From: Candidatus Sulfotelmatobacter sp.
Lineage (GTDB): Bacteria; Chloroflexota; Limnocylindria; Limnocylindrales; CSP1-4
Assembly: GCA_035622975.1 (NCBI GenBank)
Contig: DASPUH010000040.1
Span: 1-52,810 of the forward strand
Direction: 5' to 3'
DNA length: 52,810 nt
The notes beneath the pieces are model-generated. The model searched no databases, was not told the origin of the DNA, and saw nothing but the letters and a program-made list of their open reading frames with translations. Shown one piece after another: positions 1 to 8,731 of the stretch (its first letter is position 1; every line of letters begins with the position of its first letter). Made by a program: the position numbers and the translations under genes.

Positions 1-891
1 CTCAGCCAGGCCGCGGCCGGGCACGAGGGCCCCGTGGTACAGCACGAGGGGCGTGGCCGCCGGCAGCCCCAGGGCCTGGCGCAGCCGGTCCGGCCGTGGC
101 ACGGGCACCGTCCAGCGCGGCGCGCAGTTGCGCACGATGGCGACCCGCCGTGTGTCGAGCGCGGGCCCCAGCACGGCCGCGAGCTCGTCGCTGACCGTCA
201 CGAGCGCGTCCGCGCCGGCGGCCAGGCGGCGCTCCAGCCGGCGCATCGACCGCCGGGCATACGCCGGGCGGCGGGCATGCCGGCCCGCCTCGACGAAGAT
301 CTCGTGGCTGTCGTAGACCAGCGGCACGCGCCGGCGGCCCCGCGCCGCGAGGGCAGCCGGCAGCGCCGGCAGGTCGTGGGCGTGGAGGATGTCCGCGGCC
401 GGCGCGGCGGCGGCGGCGGCGCGGGCCCACGGCATCACGGAGAAGCGCCACTGGAACCGCCATCCGACGCCGAGCCATGCGGTGCGAAACGGTCCGGTTC
501 CCCGGGCCAGGCGGTCGGCCCCCAGCAACAGGAGGGCGCCGAGGAGGAGCAGCGGCGACAGCAGCAGGCCGATGGCAGCACACGCCAGCAGCGCCAGCCA
601 GCCGGCCGGCGGGTCGGCCGCCTGTCCGCCGGCCCAGGTCCTGGCCTCGGCCAGGGCGAGTCGCGGCCGTCGGGCCAGGAGCAGCCAGCGCAGCCAGCCG
701 CGGGCCACGGGCACACGCCGGATCAGCACGCCGTCGGGCCGCATCTCATGCTCGCCCGCGGACGCGTACGGCTGCGTCGTGCGGGCCATGATCGTCACCC
801 GGTGGCCTGCCGCGGCGAGCGTGCTCGCTTCGCGCAGGACGCGGGCATCGGCGTGCGCGTCGTTGAGCACGAACATGGCCACGCTGGCCAT
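1..891 (-). CDS. GT4-like glycosyltransferase (GT-B fold), partial: start codon at 889-891, 3' end runs off the window
   Basis: Absent from the ORF track because it has no stop in the window. Manual minus-strand translation from ATG 889-891 stays open to position 1: MASVAMFVLNDAHADARVLREASTLAAAGHRVTIMART...HAHDLPALPAALAARGRRRVPLVYDSHEIFVE...LGLPAATPLVLYHGALVPGRGLAE. This is a Glyco_trans_4-type N-domain running into the C-domain. ATGA stop/start overlap with the upstream gene 891-1997. Confidence 0.7.
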   Translation of the reverse strand, partial: MASVAMFVLNDAHADARVLREASTLAAAGHRVTIMARTTQPYASAGEHEMRPDGVLIRRVPVARGWLRWLLLARRPRLALAEARTWAGGQAADPPAGWLALLACAAIGLLLSPLLLLGALLLLGADRLARGTGPFRTAWLGVGWRFQWRFSVMPWARAAAAAAPAADILHAHDLPALPAALAARGRRRVPLVYDSHEIFVEAGRHARRPAYARRSMRRLERRLAAGADALVTVSDELAAVLGPALDTRRVAIVRNCAPRWTVPVPRPDRLRQALGLPAATPLVLYHGALVPGRGLAE

Positions 892-1997
892 CAGCGGACG
901 CCCTCGCCGACACGCTCCAGGACGGCGTCGGCGACGCGATCACCGATGACCCGCCAGTCGTAGTCGCGCTCGGCAGCGGCTCGCCCGTTGCGCCCCAGGC
1001 GCGCGGCCAGCTCCGCATCGCGAAGGAGTGTCGAGACGGCCGCCGCGATCGCCGCCGGCGAGTCGTCGGCCGCCACGAGGCCGGCCTGCGCCGCCTCCAC
1101 GATCCGTCGCGTCTCCAGGCGCGGCGTGACGACCACGGGGCGACCGGCCGCCATGGAGTCGATGAGCTTGATGGGCACCGCGACGTCGAGGTAGGCGTTC
1201 GCCGGATGGGGCACCAGGAGCACGCGTGCCCGCCCCAGAGCGTCGGACAGCTCAGCGTACGGGACCCCGCCGATGGTCACCCACGGGTCGGCGCCGCACG
1301 TCGTACGCAGTCCCTCGACGTACGCCTCGCTGGGCCCGTCCACGGCCGCGAGCCAGAGGTACAGGCGCAGATCCGGCACCTCCACGCGCACGAGGCGGGC
1401 CGCCGCGATGAGGGTCTCGATGCCACGACCCGGGGCCGCGCCGGAAGCGAAGCCGATCGCCGGCGGGCCCTGGACGGGGCGTGGCTGCACGTGGGTCGTC
1501 TCCGATCCGTTGGGGGCGACGATGATGCGCGCGCGGTCCAGGCCGACCAGGTCGGCGAACGACGCCGAGGGCACCACGACCCACGGGAACAGCTCCAGAT
1601 TGGCGGCGATGCGGCCCGTCTGGGCGGCGCGGTACTCGTCGCTCACGTTGCGTCCCAGGGCGTCGGCCTGGGCGATGACGTGGTCATGGAGGTCGACGGC
1701 GACCGGCCGCGTCATGCGGCGGGCCAGCACCACGGCGCCAGGCGTCAGCAGCTCGCTGCTCGCCAGACGCGGCCGCCGGCGCCACGGCCACGGCGGTCCG
1801 GCGGCTCGCCGGGTGGAGTCCCGCACCGCCGGGCGGTCCACGCCGGCGACGGCCACGGCCGCCGTCCGGATCGCCAGTTGCCGCATCACGTGGTGCCGGC
1901 GCAGGTCGCCGCCCCACCGCCGCTGGTCCGTCTGGGACAGCACGACCCACGGCCCGGGGCGGTCGGTGTGCACGGGCGGAGTATATCGACGGGGCAC
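891..1997 (-). CDS. divergent GT-B glycosyltransferase (paralog of 7499-8632)
   Basis: 368-aa ORF with a GTG start. The C-terminal half looks GT1/GT4-like (GFASGAAPGRGIETLIAAARL, PIKLIDSMAAGRPVVVTP). It aligns along its whole length with 7499-8632 (shared RWGG-LRR...LAIRT N-terminus, PDL..-WL, DPW..IG, D-WRV-G-R-AD-VL C-terminus). Confidence 0.75.
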   Translation of the reverse strand: MPRRYTPPVHTDRPGPWVVLSQTDQRRWGGDLRRHHVMRQLAIRTAAVAVAGVDRPAVRDSTRRAAGPPWPWRRRPRLASSELLTPGAVVLARRMTRPVAVDLHDHVIAQADALGRNVSDEYRAAQTGRIAANLELFPWVVVPSASFADLVGLDRARIIVAPNGSETTHVQPRPVQGPPAIGFASGAAPGRGIETLIAAARLVRVEVPDLRLYLWLAAVDGPSEAYVEGLRTTCGADPWVTIGGVPYAELSDALGRARVLLVPHPANAYLDVAVPIKLIDSMAAGRPVVVTPRLETRRIVEAAQAGLVAADDSPAAIAAAVSTLLRDAELAARLGRNGRAAAERDYDWRVIGDRVADAVLERVGEGVR

Positions 1998-2003
1998 GTC
2001 CCG

Positions 2004-2037
2004 CTGACAGCACCGCCTCGGCCGCCGATGGTAAGGT
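2004..2037 (+). promoter_or_regulatory. candidate promoter for the exporter operon
   Basis: CTGACA (2004-2009), 17 nt, GATGGT (2027-2032). An alternative TANNNT hexamer TAAGGT lies at 2032-2037, 10 nt before the ATG at 2048. Only 50 nt separate the divergent start codons at 1997 and 2048. Pattern match only. Confidence 0.2.
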
Positions 2038-2047
2038 TCCCTGCGCC

Positions 2048-2941
2048 ATGGCCGCCATCACGCCCAATCAGCTCCGCGGCCCGGCCACGACCGAGGCCGT
2101 CCGCCCGGCCTATCGGCCCGTTCGGCCGGGACCGGTCGCCACCCTCCGCTCGACGGTCAGGGAGATCGTCACCCACCGGCGCCTGATCGGCTATCTGGTG
2201 CGCGCGGACCTCAAGAAACGCGGCGCCGACACGTTCCTGGGCAACGTGTGGTGGTTCCTGGATCCCCTGCTGACGATGCTGGTGTACGTGATCCTGGTCT
2301 CGGTCATCCTGCAGTCGACCCAGGAGGCCTATCCCCTCTTCATCTTCTGCGCCATCCTGCCGTGGAAGTGGTTCAGCGCCAGCGTGGCGGACGCGGTGAC
2401 CTGCGTGACGACCAAGGAGAAGGTCATCAAGCAGGTGCGCTTCCCCAAGGTCGTCCTGCCGGTCGCGGCGACGGTGGGCGGCCTGGTCAGCTTCGTCTTC
2501 GGCCTCGTGCCGCTGGGCGCGATGCTGATCATCCTGTTCCCCAACCACATCAGCGCGATGATCCTGCTGCTGCCCGTGGTCGCCGCCGTGCAGTTCGTCC
2601 TGACGTTCGCGATCTGCCTGCTGGCCGCGGCGATCACCGTCTTCTACCGCGACATCGGCAACCTGGCCGGCCACCTGCTGCGCATCTGGTTCTACCTGTC
2701 GCCCGCGCTCTACAGCTCGCAGCGCATCCAGTCGATCGCCACCAATCACCCGCAGCTGTACAGCATCTACACCCTCAACCCCTTCGCCGGTCTCTTCGAG
2801 TCGTACCGCAACCTGATCTACTACGGTCAGCCCCCCGAGTGGGGCCTCCTGGGCATCGTCCTGGTGGAGGCATCCATCCTGGTCGTGCTGTCGGTGATCG
2901 TCTTCAGGCGGCTCGAGCCCTCCTTCGCCAAGGTCCTCTAG
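2048..2941 (+). CDS. ABC-2 type polysaccharide/polyol-phosphate export permease (Wzm/TagG-like)
   Basis: 297 aa with multiple hydrophobic spans and an ABC-2 exporter-like N-region (FLGNVWWFLDPLLTMLVYVILVSVIL). Ends 3 nt before the cognate ATPase gene. Confidence 0.9.
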   Translation: MAAITPNQLRGPATTEAVRPAYRPVRPGPVATLRSTVREIVTHRRLIGYLVRADLKKRGADTFLGNVWWFLDPLLTMLVYVILVSVILQSTQEAYPLFIFCAILPWKWFSASVADAVTCVTTKEKVIKQVRFPKVVLPVAATVGGLVSFVFGLVPLGAMLIILFPNHISAMILLLPVVAAVQFVLTFAICLLAAAITVFYRDIGNLAGHLLRIWFYLSPALYSSQRIQSIATNHPQLYSIYTLNPFAGLFESYRNLIYYGQPPEWGLLGIVLVEASILVVLSVIVFRRLEPSFAKVL

Positions 2942-2944
2942 GCG

Positions 2945-3745
2945 ATGCCCCCGGCCATCCAGGTGCGGGCGCTCGGCGTGCGCTACAACCTGCGGCTCAC
3001 CCGCCGCAACACGGTTCGCCAGACCTTCATGAGCCTCGCCCGGCACAAGGGTCCGACCCACTTCTGGGCCCTGCGGGACGTCTCGTTCCGGGTCGACTAC
3101 GGCGAGTCGCTGGCGGTCATCGGCCCGAATGGCGCGGGCAAGAGCACCCTCCTCCAGGTGTTGGCCCAGATCCTGGAGCCGACCGAGGGCATGATCGACG
3201 TCCAGGGCCGCATCTCCAGCCTGCTGACCCTGGGGGCCGGCTTCGATCCGGAGCTGAGCGGGCGTGACAACATCGAGCTGGCCGGCGCCTTCATGGGCAT
3301 GGACCACCGCGACATGCGGGCGCGCATGCCGGGCATCATCGAGTTCGCCGACATCGGCCAGTTCATCGACGCGCCCATCAAGACCTACAGCTCGGGCATG
3401 AACGCCCGGCTGGGCTTCAGCATCGCCACCGCGGTGGACCCCGACGTGCTGCTGCTGGACGAGGTCCTGAGCACCGGTGACGCGACCTTCCGGGCCAAGA
3501 GCCAGGAGCGCGTCATGGAGCTGATGCGCAGCGCCCGCGCCATCGTCCTGGTGACCCACGACATGCACTGGGCCAACGAGTTCTGCAACCGGGCCATCCT
3601 GCTCGAGCGGGGCAACGTGGTGGCGGCCGGCCACCCGTCCGACGTCGTGGCCGTGCATGAGGAGCGATCGGCCGCACGCCAGAGCGGCCACCAGCCGGAC
3701 CCTCTGCCGGCCATCGTCGACGTGGGCCTGGACGCCGTCGCCTGA
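2945..3745 (+). CDS. ABC exporter ATP-binding protein (Wzt/TagH-like), NBD only
   Basis: Walker A GPNGAGKST, signature YSSGMNARLGF (the TagH/Wzt variant of LSGGQ), Walker B VLLLDEV, H-loop VTHD. At 266 aa there is no room for a C-terminal carbohydrate-binding module. The stop overlaps the next ATG (TGATG). Confidence 0.9.
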   Translation: MPPAIQVRALGVRYNLRLTRRNTVRQTFMSLARHKGPTHFWALRDVSFRVDYGESLAVIGPNGAGKSTLLQVLAQILEPTEGMIDVQGRISSLLTLGAGFDPELSGRDNIELAGAFMGMDHRDMRARMPGIIEFADIGQFIDAPIKTYSSGMNARLGFSIATAVDPDVLLLDEVLSTGDATFRAKSQERVMELMRSARAIVLVTHDMHWANEFCNRAILLERGNVVAAGHPSDVVAVHEERSAARQSGHQPDPLPAIVDVGLDAVA

Positions 3746-5583
3746 TGGCGGGCCGCCCGGCCGATCCGCCGAGCGACCGCGCGCCGACGAACCTCCTCGT
3801 CGTCGGCTGGTATCCAGCCGCGGATGATCCCATCACGGGACGGTTCGTGGCCGACCAGGCCGCGGCCCTGGCGGCCACCGGCCGCGTCGTGCCCGCGGTG
3901 GTGAGCTTCGAGCCACTCGGCTCGGCGGGCGATCCGGCCCTGCGGACCCGCGCCGCCGACGTATGGGCGCAGGTCGTGGCCGGCGCCGCCGCCGGCGGGC
4001 GAGCCTTCGCCCCGGCTGGCGCGACCGGCCCGTCAAGCGTCCCCGTGCTCCGTTTGGGGGTCACCGGCGGCACGCTCGTCGGCGGCGGGCATCCGAGCGG
4101 CAACCAGGCGGTCCATCGCGCCCGCGCCCTGGGGGCCTTCCTGGATGCCTGGGCCGGGCCGCCGTGGCCCCTGGTCCACGTGCACGTGGGCTATCCGGAA
4201 GGCGCCGCTGTGGCGATGGTGGCGGCTGAGCGGGACGTGCCCTTCGTGCTGACCGAGCACGCCACATACCTCGCCCGTCTGCTGGCCGATCCCGTCCAGC
4301 GGGCCCTGTACGGCCGGGCGGCGCGAGCAGCGGCGAGGGTCATCGCGGTGGGCAGCGACCTGGCCGCCCAGATCGTCGCCGCGTTCCCCGACCTGGGGGA
4401 TCGCGTCGTGGTGATCCCCAACGCCGTCGACATCGATGCCTTCCCGCTGACAGGGCCCGGTCAGCGGACGGCCGACGAGCTCCTGTACGTCGGCTATCGC
4501 ACCGCGGTCAAGGGCGTGGACACGCTGCTCGACGCGTTCGCCACGGTGCACGCGGCGCGGCCGGCGACGACGCTGCGGCTCGTCGGTAGTTCGCCCGACG
4601 CGGCCACGGAGAAGGCGTGGCAGCGGCGGGCTGCCGGCCTCGGCATCATCGACGCCGTGCGCTTCGAGCCGGCAGCCGACCGGGCGGGGGTGGCACGGGC
4701 GATGGCACGGGCCGCGCTGTTCGTGCACCCCAGCACCAGGGAGACGTTCGGCGTGGTCGCCGTCGAGGCCCTCGCCTCCGGTCTGCCGGTGGTGGCGGCC
4801 GACTCGGGTGGCGTGACCGAGATCCTGGGCCGCGAGCCGGCCCGCTTCGGCGCTCTCGTACCGCCACGTGACGCCGCCGCGCTGGCCGCGGCGATCTCGA
4901 CGACACTCGCCGAGCGCGAGCGCTTCGAACCCGCCGTCCTGCGCGCGTGGGTCGCCGATCGTTATGGCGCCCCAGCCGTCGCCTCGCGGCTGGCCGATCT
5001 GTACGAGGAGGTCCTGGCGATACCTCGCGCCAGCCGGGCGCGCGGGTCAGCCCACGAGTCGCCCGGCACAGCCGTGGCCGGTCCGGGGCAACCGGTCGTG
5101 GTGGTGGCGTTCGATCGCTCCGCCCTGGACCGCGCCGTGCGGCGGATGCCGGCCTGGGTCGTCGACGGAGCCGTCGTCGTGACGTGCGGCTCGGCTCGCC
5201 CGGGCTGGCGGATCATCGGCGGGCGACTCGGCGGCCAGGTCGCGCGATTGATCGCCGCGCGGACGCCTCCTGCCGCTGGGCTCGCCGCCCTTCCCCTCCA
5301 GCCGATCCGGGCCCTGCTGCACGAGCGGCGGCAGGCGCAGCTCGCAGCGGCCGTCCTCCCGGCCCTCACCAGCGCCGTACGCGCGGCCGCCGACCAAGCC
5401 CGCGGCGCCGGCGAAGCGGTCGTCCAGCTGGTGTGCCTGGGCGGCCTGGACGTGGTCGCCGCCGCCGACGCTGCGGATGGGCGCTCGGTCGTCGCCCCCG
5501 GCGGCCTGCGCTGGCTGGCCGACCAGCGCTGGACCGCGGCGCGGTCAGGCCTCGTGGCCCCCAGCTCTTCCAGCCCGGCGTAG
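3745..5583 (+). CDS. GT4 glycosyltransferase with about 187-aa C-terminal extension of unknown function
   Basis: 612 aa. GT4 hallmarks: LLYVGYRTAVKGVDTLLDAF, STRETFGVVAVEALASGLPVVAADSGGVTEI (E-x7-E). Residues about 426-612 (nt 5020-5583) lie beyond the GT fold and are shared only with the next gene. Confidence 0.8.
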   Translation: MAGRPADPPSDRAPTNLLVVGWYPAADDPITGRFVADQAAALAATGRVVPAVVSFEPLGSAGDPALRTRAADVWAQVVAGAAAGGRAFAPAGATGPSSVPVLRLGVTGGTLVGGGHPSGNQAVHRARALGAFLDAWAGPPWPLVHVHVGYPEGAAVAMVAAERDVPFVLTEHATYLARLLADPVQRALYGRAARAAARVIAVGSDLAAQIVAAFPDLGDRVVVIPNAVDIDAFPLTGPGQRTADELLYVGYRTAVKGVDTLLDAFATVHAARPATTLRLVGSSPDAATEKAWQRRAAGLGIIDAVRFEPAADRAGVARAMARAALFVHPSTRETFGVVAVEALASGLPVVAADSGGVTEILGREPARFGALVPPRDAAALAAAISTTLAERERFEPAVLRAWVADRYGAPAVASRLADLYEEVLAIPRASRARGSAHESPGTAVAGPGQPVVVVAFDRSALDRAVRRMPAWVVDGAVVVTCGSARPGWRIIGGRLGGQVARLIAARTPPAAGLAALPLQPIRALLHERRQAQLAAAVLPALTSAVRAAADQARGAGEAVVQLVCLGGLDVVAAADAADGRSVVAPGGLRWLADQRWTAARSGLVAPSSSSPA

Positions 5584-5626
5584 GGGCGGTCACCCGCCGG
5601 TCCGCCCACGATGGTACCGTCGGGTC

Positions 5627-7498
5627 GTGGCCTCACCCACGACGGACGACGCGCGGATCCGACTGCTCATCGTCGCCACGTGGTACCCGTCGTGGGACGA
5701 CCCGGTGGCCGGCCGCTTCGTGGCCGATCAGGCGGCAGCCCTCCAGGCGAGCGGGCGGGTAGCGCCGACCGTGGTCTCGTTCGCCCCGGCCGGCCTGATC
5801 GGCGGTGGCCGTCTCCGGGTCCGGATGGCGCAGACCGTCGGGGACCTGGCGACCGCCGCGCTGAGCGAGGCTGACGACGTCTTCAACATGTCGGGCGCTC
5901 CTGCGGCCGGGCTCCCGGTGGCCCGGCCCGGCATCGCCGGCGGCCGCGACTCCGCCACGGGCGTGCTCTATGCCGCTCGCGGGCGTGAACGGGCCCTGGT
6001 CGCGCTCGCCGACCGATGGGCGGGCGGCGATCGGCCGGACGGCATTGCGCCACGCCCCCTGCCGATCGACCTCCCCGACCTCATCCACGCGCACACCGTC
6101 TACCCCGATGGCGCGGCCGCCGCCACGATGGCGGAGCGCCTCGGCCGCCCGCTCTTCCTGACCGAGCATGCGTCCTTCGTCCAGCGCCTCCTCCTCGCGC
6201 CGGAGATCCGGGCCCGCTATGTGGCGGCCGTCGCCCGCGCACAGCGGCTGATCGTGGTCAGCCAGGTCCTGGCAGACGAGGTCGTGGCCGACCTGCCGGA
6301 AGTGGCAGCCAAGGTAGTGGTCATCCCGAACGCCGTGGACGTCGATGCCTTCCGGGTCGGAGAAGCCGCCGGGCGCCTCCCGGGCGAGCTCCTCTTCGTG
6401 GGGTATCGCAAGGAGAGCAAGGGCCTGGACACCCTGCTCCGCGCCTTCGCGCTCGTCCGACGCGCCCGCCCGACGACGACCCTGCGGCTCATCGGAGGGT
6501 CGCCGACCGCTGCCATCGAGACGGGCTGGCGCCGCCTGGCGATGGAGCTGGGGGTCGGCGAGGCGGTGCACTTCGAGCCACCCGGGGACCGGCCGGCGGT
6601 CGCTGCCGCGATGGCCCGGGCGGCGCTGTTCGTCCACCCGAGCCCCAGGGAGACCTTCGGTGTCGTGGCCGTCGAAGCGCTCGCCGCGGGCCTGCCCGTC
6701 GTGGCGACCGATTCGGGCGGGGTCACCGAGATCATGGGCCCGCACCCGGATCGCCTCGGCGCGATCGTGCCGGTGGGTGACCCGGAGGCGCTCGCGGCGG
6801 CCATCGAGGCGACCCTTGACCGGCGCCACACCCTGGATCCGCTGGCGCTGCGGGCGGCGGTCACCGCGAGGTTCGGCAGCGCGGGCGTCGCCGGCCGGCT
6901 GCTCGACGTCTATGAGGCGGCGACCCCCGCCCTGTTGCCACGGGCCCGACAGCGCGCCCCGGGCATCACCCGCGTGACTGGGGGGCCCCCGTTGATCGTC
7001 GTAGCCCTGGATCCGGATCGCGCCCACGCCCTGGCCGCCCTGGGTCCGGCCGCGCGTGCGAGGTTGATCCTGGTCACGTCCGCCGGGCCTGCGAATGGCG
7101 CACCGGACGGTCTGGCCGGTCTGGTCACGGCCGACCTGGGCGGCCGCGTCCGCGCCATCGCCGACGCGGCGAGCCTGGGGCCGCCCGGTGGGGGCCTCCG
7201 GCGGCTGCGACGGATCGTGCGCCACCCGCTTGCGATCGCGCGCCGCCGCGGGTTGCTCCCGGGGTTGGAGCGGAGCCTCACCACGAGCGGCGCCGGGGCG
7301 GTGCGCGAGGGCGTGGCCATCGCCCGTCGCCTGGCCCGGCCGCAGGCCTCCAGCGAGGGGGACGCCGACGTGGTGCCCGAACTCGTGTGCCTCGACGGGG
7401 TCGACTACCTGGCCGCCCGCAGCGCCGTGCAGGCCGGCCTGGTCAGGCTGGCGCCCGGGGGCCTGGGGTGGCTCGGCGACCGCGTCGGATCCGGCTGA
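5627..7498 (+). CDS. GT4 glycosyltransferase, tandem paralog of 3745-5583, same C-terminal extension
   Basis: The track ORF starts at 5477 inside the previous gene. I place the start at in-frame GTG 5627 (VASPTTDDARIRLLIVATWYPSWDDPVAGRFVADQAAAL), which parallels the neighbour's N-terminus. E-x7-E motif: PRETFGVVAVEALAAGLPVVATDSGGVTEI. The start is uncertain by tens of nt. Confidence 0.75.
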   Translation: MASPTTDDARIRLLIVATWYPSWDDPVAGRFVADQAAALQASGRVAPTVVSFAPAGLIGGGRLRVRMAQTVGDLATAALSEADDVFNMSGAPAAGLPVARPGIAGGRDSATGVLYAARGRERALVALADRWAGGDRPDGIAPRPLPIDLPDLIHAHTVYPDGAAAATMAERLGRPLFLTEHASFVQRLLLAPEIRARYVAAVARAQRLIVVSQVLADEVVADLPEVAAKVVVIPNAVDVDAFRVGEAAGRLPGELLFVGYRKESKGLDTLLRAFALVRRARPTTTLRLIGGSPTAAIETGWRRLAMELGVGEAVHFEPPGDRPAVAAAMARAALFVHPSPRETFGVVAVEALAAGLPVVATDSGGVTEIMGPHPDRLGAIVPVGDPEALAAAIEATLDRRHTLDPLALRAAVTARFGSAGVAGRLLDVYEAATPALLPRARQRAPGITRVTGGPPLIVVALDPDRAHALAALGPAARARLILVTSAGPANGAPDGLAGLVTADLGGRVRAIADAASLGPPGGGLRRLRRIVRHPLAIARRRGLLPGLERSLTTSGAGAVREGVAIARRLARPQASSEGDADVVPELVCLDGVDYLAARSAVQAGLVRLAPGGLGWLGDRVGSG

Positions 7499-8632
7499 CT
7501 ACAGGCCGGCGAGGCCCTCGCGGCGGAGCACCTCGTCGGCGATGCGCTCGCCCACGACGCGCCAGTCGAACGTCGTCTCGGCCACGTGCCGAGCCCGCGC
7601 CCCCAGCGCCTCCATCCTCGCGCGATCGTGGAGCAGGGCCACGAGGTCCGCGGCGATGGCTTCGGGCTCGTCGCCCGAGGTCACCACGCCGATGCCCTCG
7701 CGGCGCACCACGGCGGCCGTCTCCAGGCGGGGGGTGACGAGTTGGGGACGGCCCGCGGCAGCCCCGTCGAAGAGCTTCACGGGCAGAGCCACGTCGTAGT
7801 ACTCGTGGGGCGGCCAGAGGATCGTCAGCACGGTCACCGCCGCAAGGGCGGCGCTCAGCTGATCGTAGGCTGCCGTGCCGATCTCGATCCACGGGTCGCC
7901 CGCGACCCGCCGGCGAAGGCCCGCCAGGTAGGCCTGCGTGTCCTCGCTCATCGTCACCAGCCACATCCGCACGTGGAGGTCGGGCACCTGTCGCCGGGCC
8001 AGGCGGGCCACGTCGACGAGCGTTTCCAGGCCCCGTCCGGGCGCCGCGGCGGACACCACGCCGACGACCGGCGCCTCGGGCCACGGGCCGGGGCGGATGC
8101 GGTCGGTGTCGGTGCCGTTCCCGCCCACGATGACCCGTTCACGCTCGAGCCCCGCGAGGTCGGCGAACGACGCGGTCGGCGCCACGAGCCACCGGAAGGT
8201 CCTGATCGTGTCGGCCTGCCGCCGCTCCAGCTCGGCCGCCCAGGCCGGGTCGACGGTCACGCCGACGGCTCGCGCCTGGGCGGCCGGATCGTCGTAGATG
8301 GCCACCGCGGCCGGGTCGGTGAGGCGTCGCGCAGCCTCCAGCAGGCCCCCCCGGAGCTTCTCCGACGCCGCGAAGCGGGGCCTGGGACCCCGGCGCGGGA
8401 GGGGGTAGAGCAGCGGACCGGGCAGGTTGCCGAGGACGCCGCGGGCGGCCGTCCGGAGGAGGCGAGGATACCAGCCGTCCTCGATGACACGGGCATTGGT
8501 CCGGATCGCCAAACGCTCGAAGATGCGGCGTCGGCGCAGCTCGCCGCCCCAGCGGCCCGGCCGCCCTTCACGGATCACGATCCAGTCGCCGAGCCGTTGG
8601 GGCGTGGTCGGGACCGGGGCCGGGTCGCTCAC
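7499..8632 (-). CDS. divergent GT-B glycosyltransferase (paralog of 891-1997)
   Basis: 377 aa with a GTG start. Full-length similarity to 891-1997. Its stop codon (7499-7501) directly abuts the stop (7496-7498) of the convergent GT4 gene. Confidence 0.75.
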   Translation of the reverse strand: MSDPAPVPTTPQRLGDWIVIREGRPGRWGGELRRRRIFERLAIRTNARVIEDGWYPRLLRTAARGVLGNLPGPLLYPLPRRGPRPRFAASEKLRGGLLEAARRLTDPAAVAIYDDPAAQARAVGVTVDPAWAAELERRQADTIRTFRWLVAPTASFADLAGLERERVIVGGNGTDTDRIRPGPWPEAPVVGVVSAAAPGRGLETLVDVARLARRQVPDLHVRMWLVTMSEDTQAYLAGLRRRVAGDPWIEIGTAAYDQLSAALAAVTVLTILWPPHEYYDVALPVKLFDGAAAGRPQLVTPRLETAAVVRREGIGVVTSGDEPEAIAADLVALLHDRARMEALGARARHVAETTFDWRVVGERIADEVLRREGLAGL

Positions 8633-8731
8633 GGCGAGAGCCTAGCAGCCGCGAGCGCCCACCAGCCGTCGCGCATGCTGGCGCGGAGCGCCCGTTACAC
8701 TCCGTCGGGGGACGAGGCCACCGGAGGACCC

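Noticed and set aside
1886-3691. 601-aa minus-strand ORF covering the Wzm/Wzt genes
   Set aside because: It is antisense to two genes with unmistakable ABC permease and ATPase motifs. Its composition is dominated by Arg/Gly/Asp/His/Ala with no recognisable domain. Long stop-free antisense frames are expected at this G+C content.
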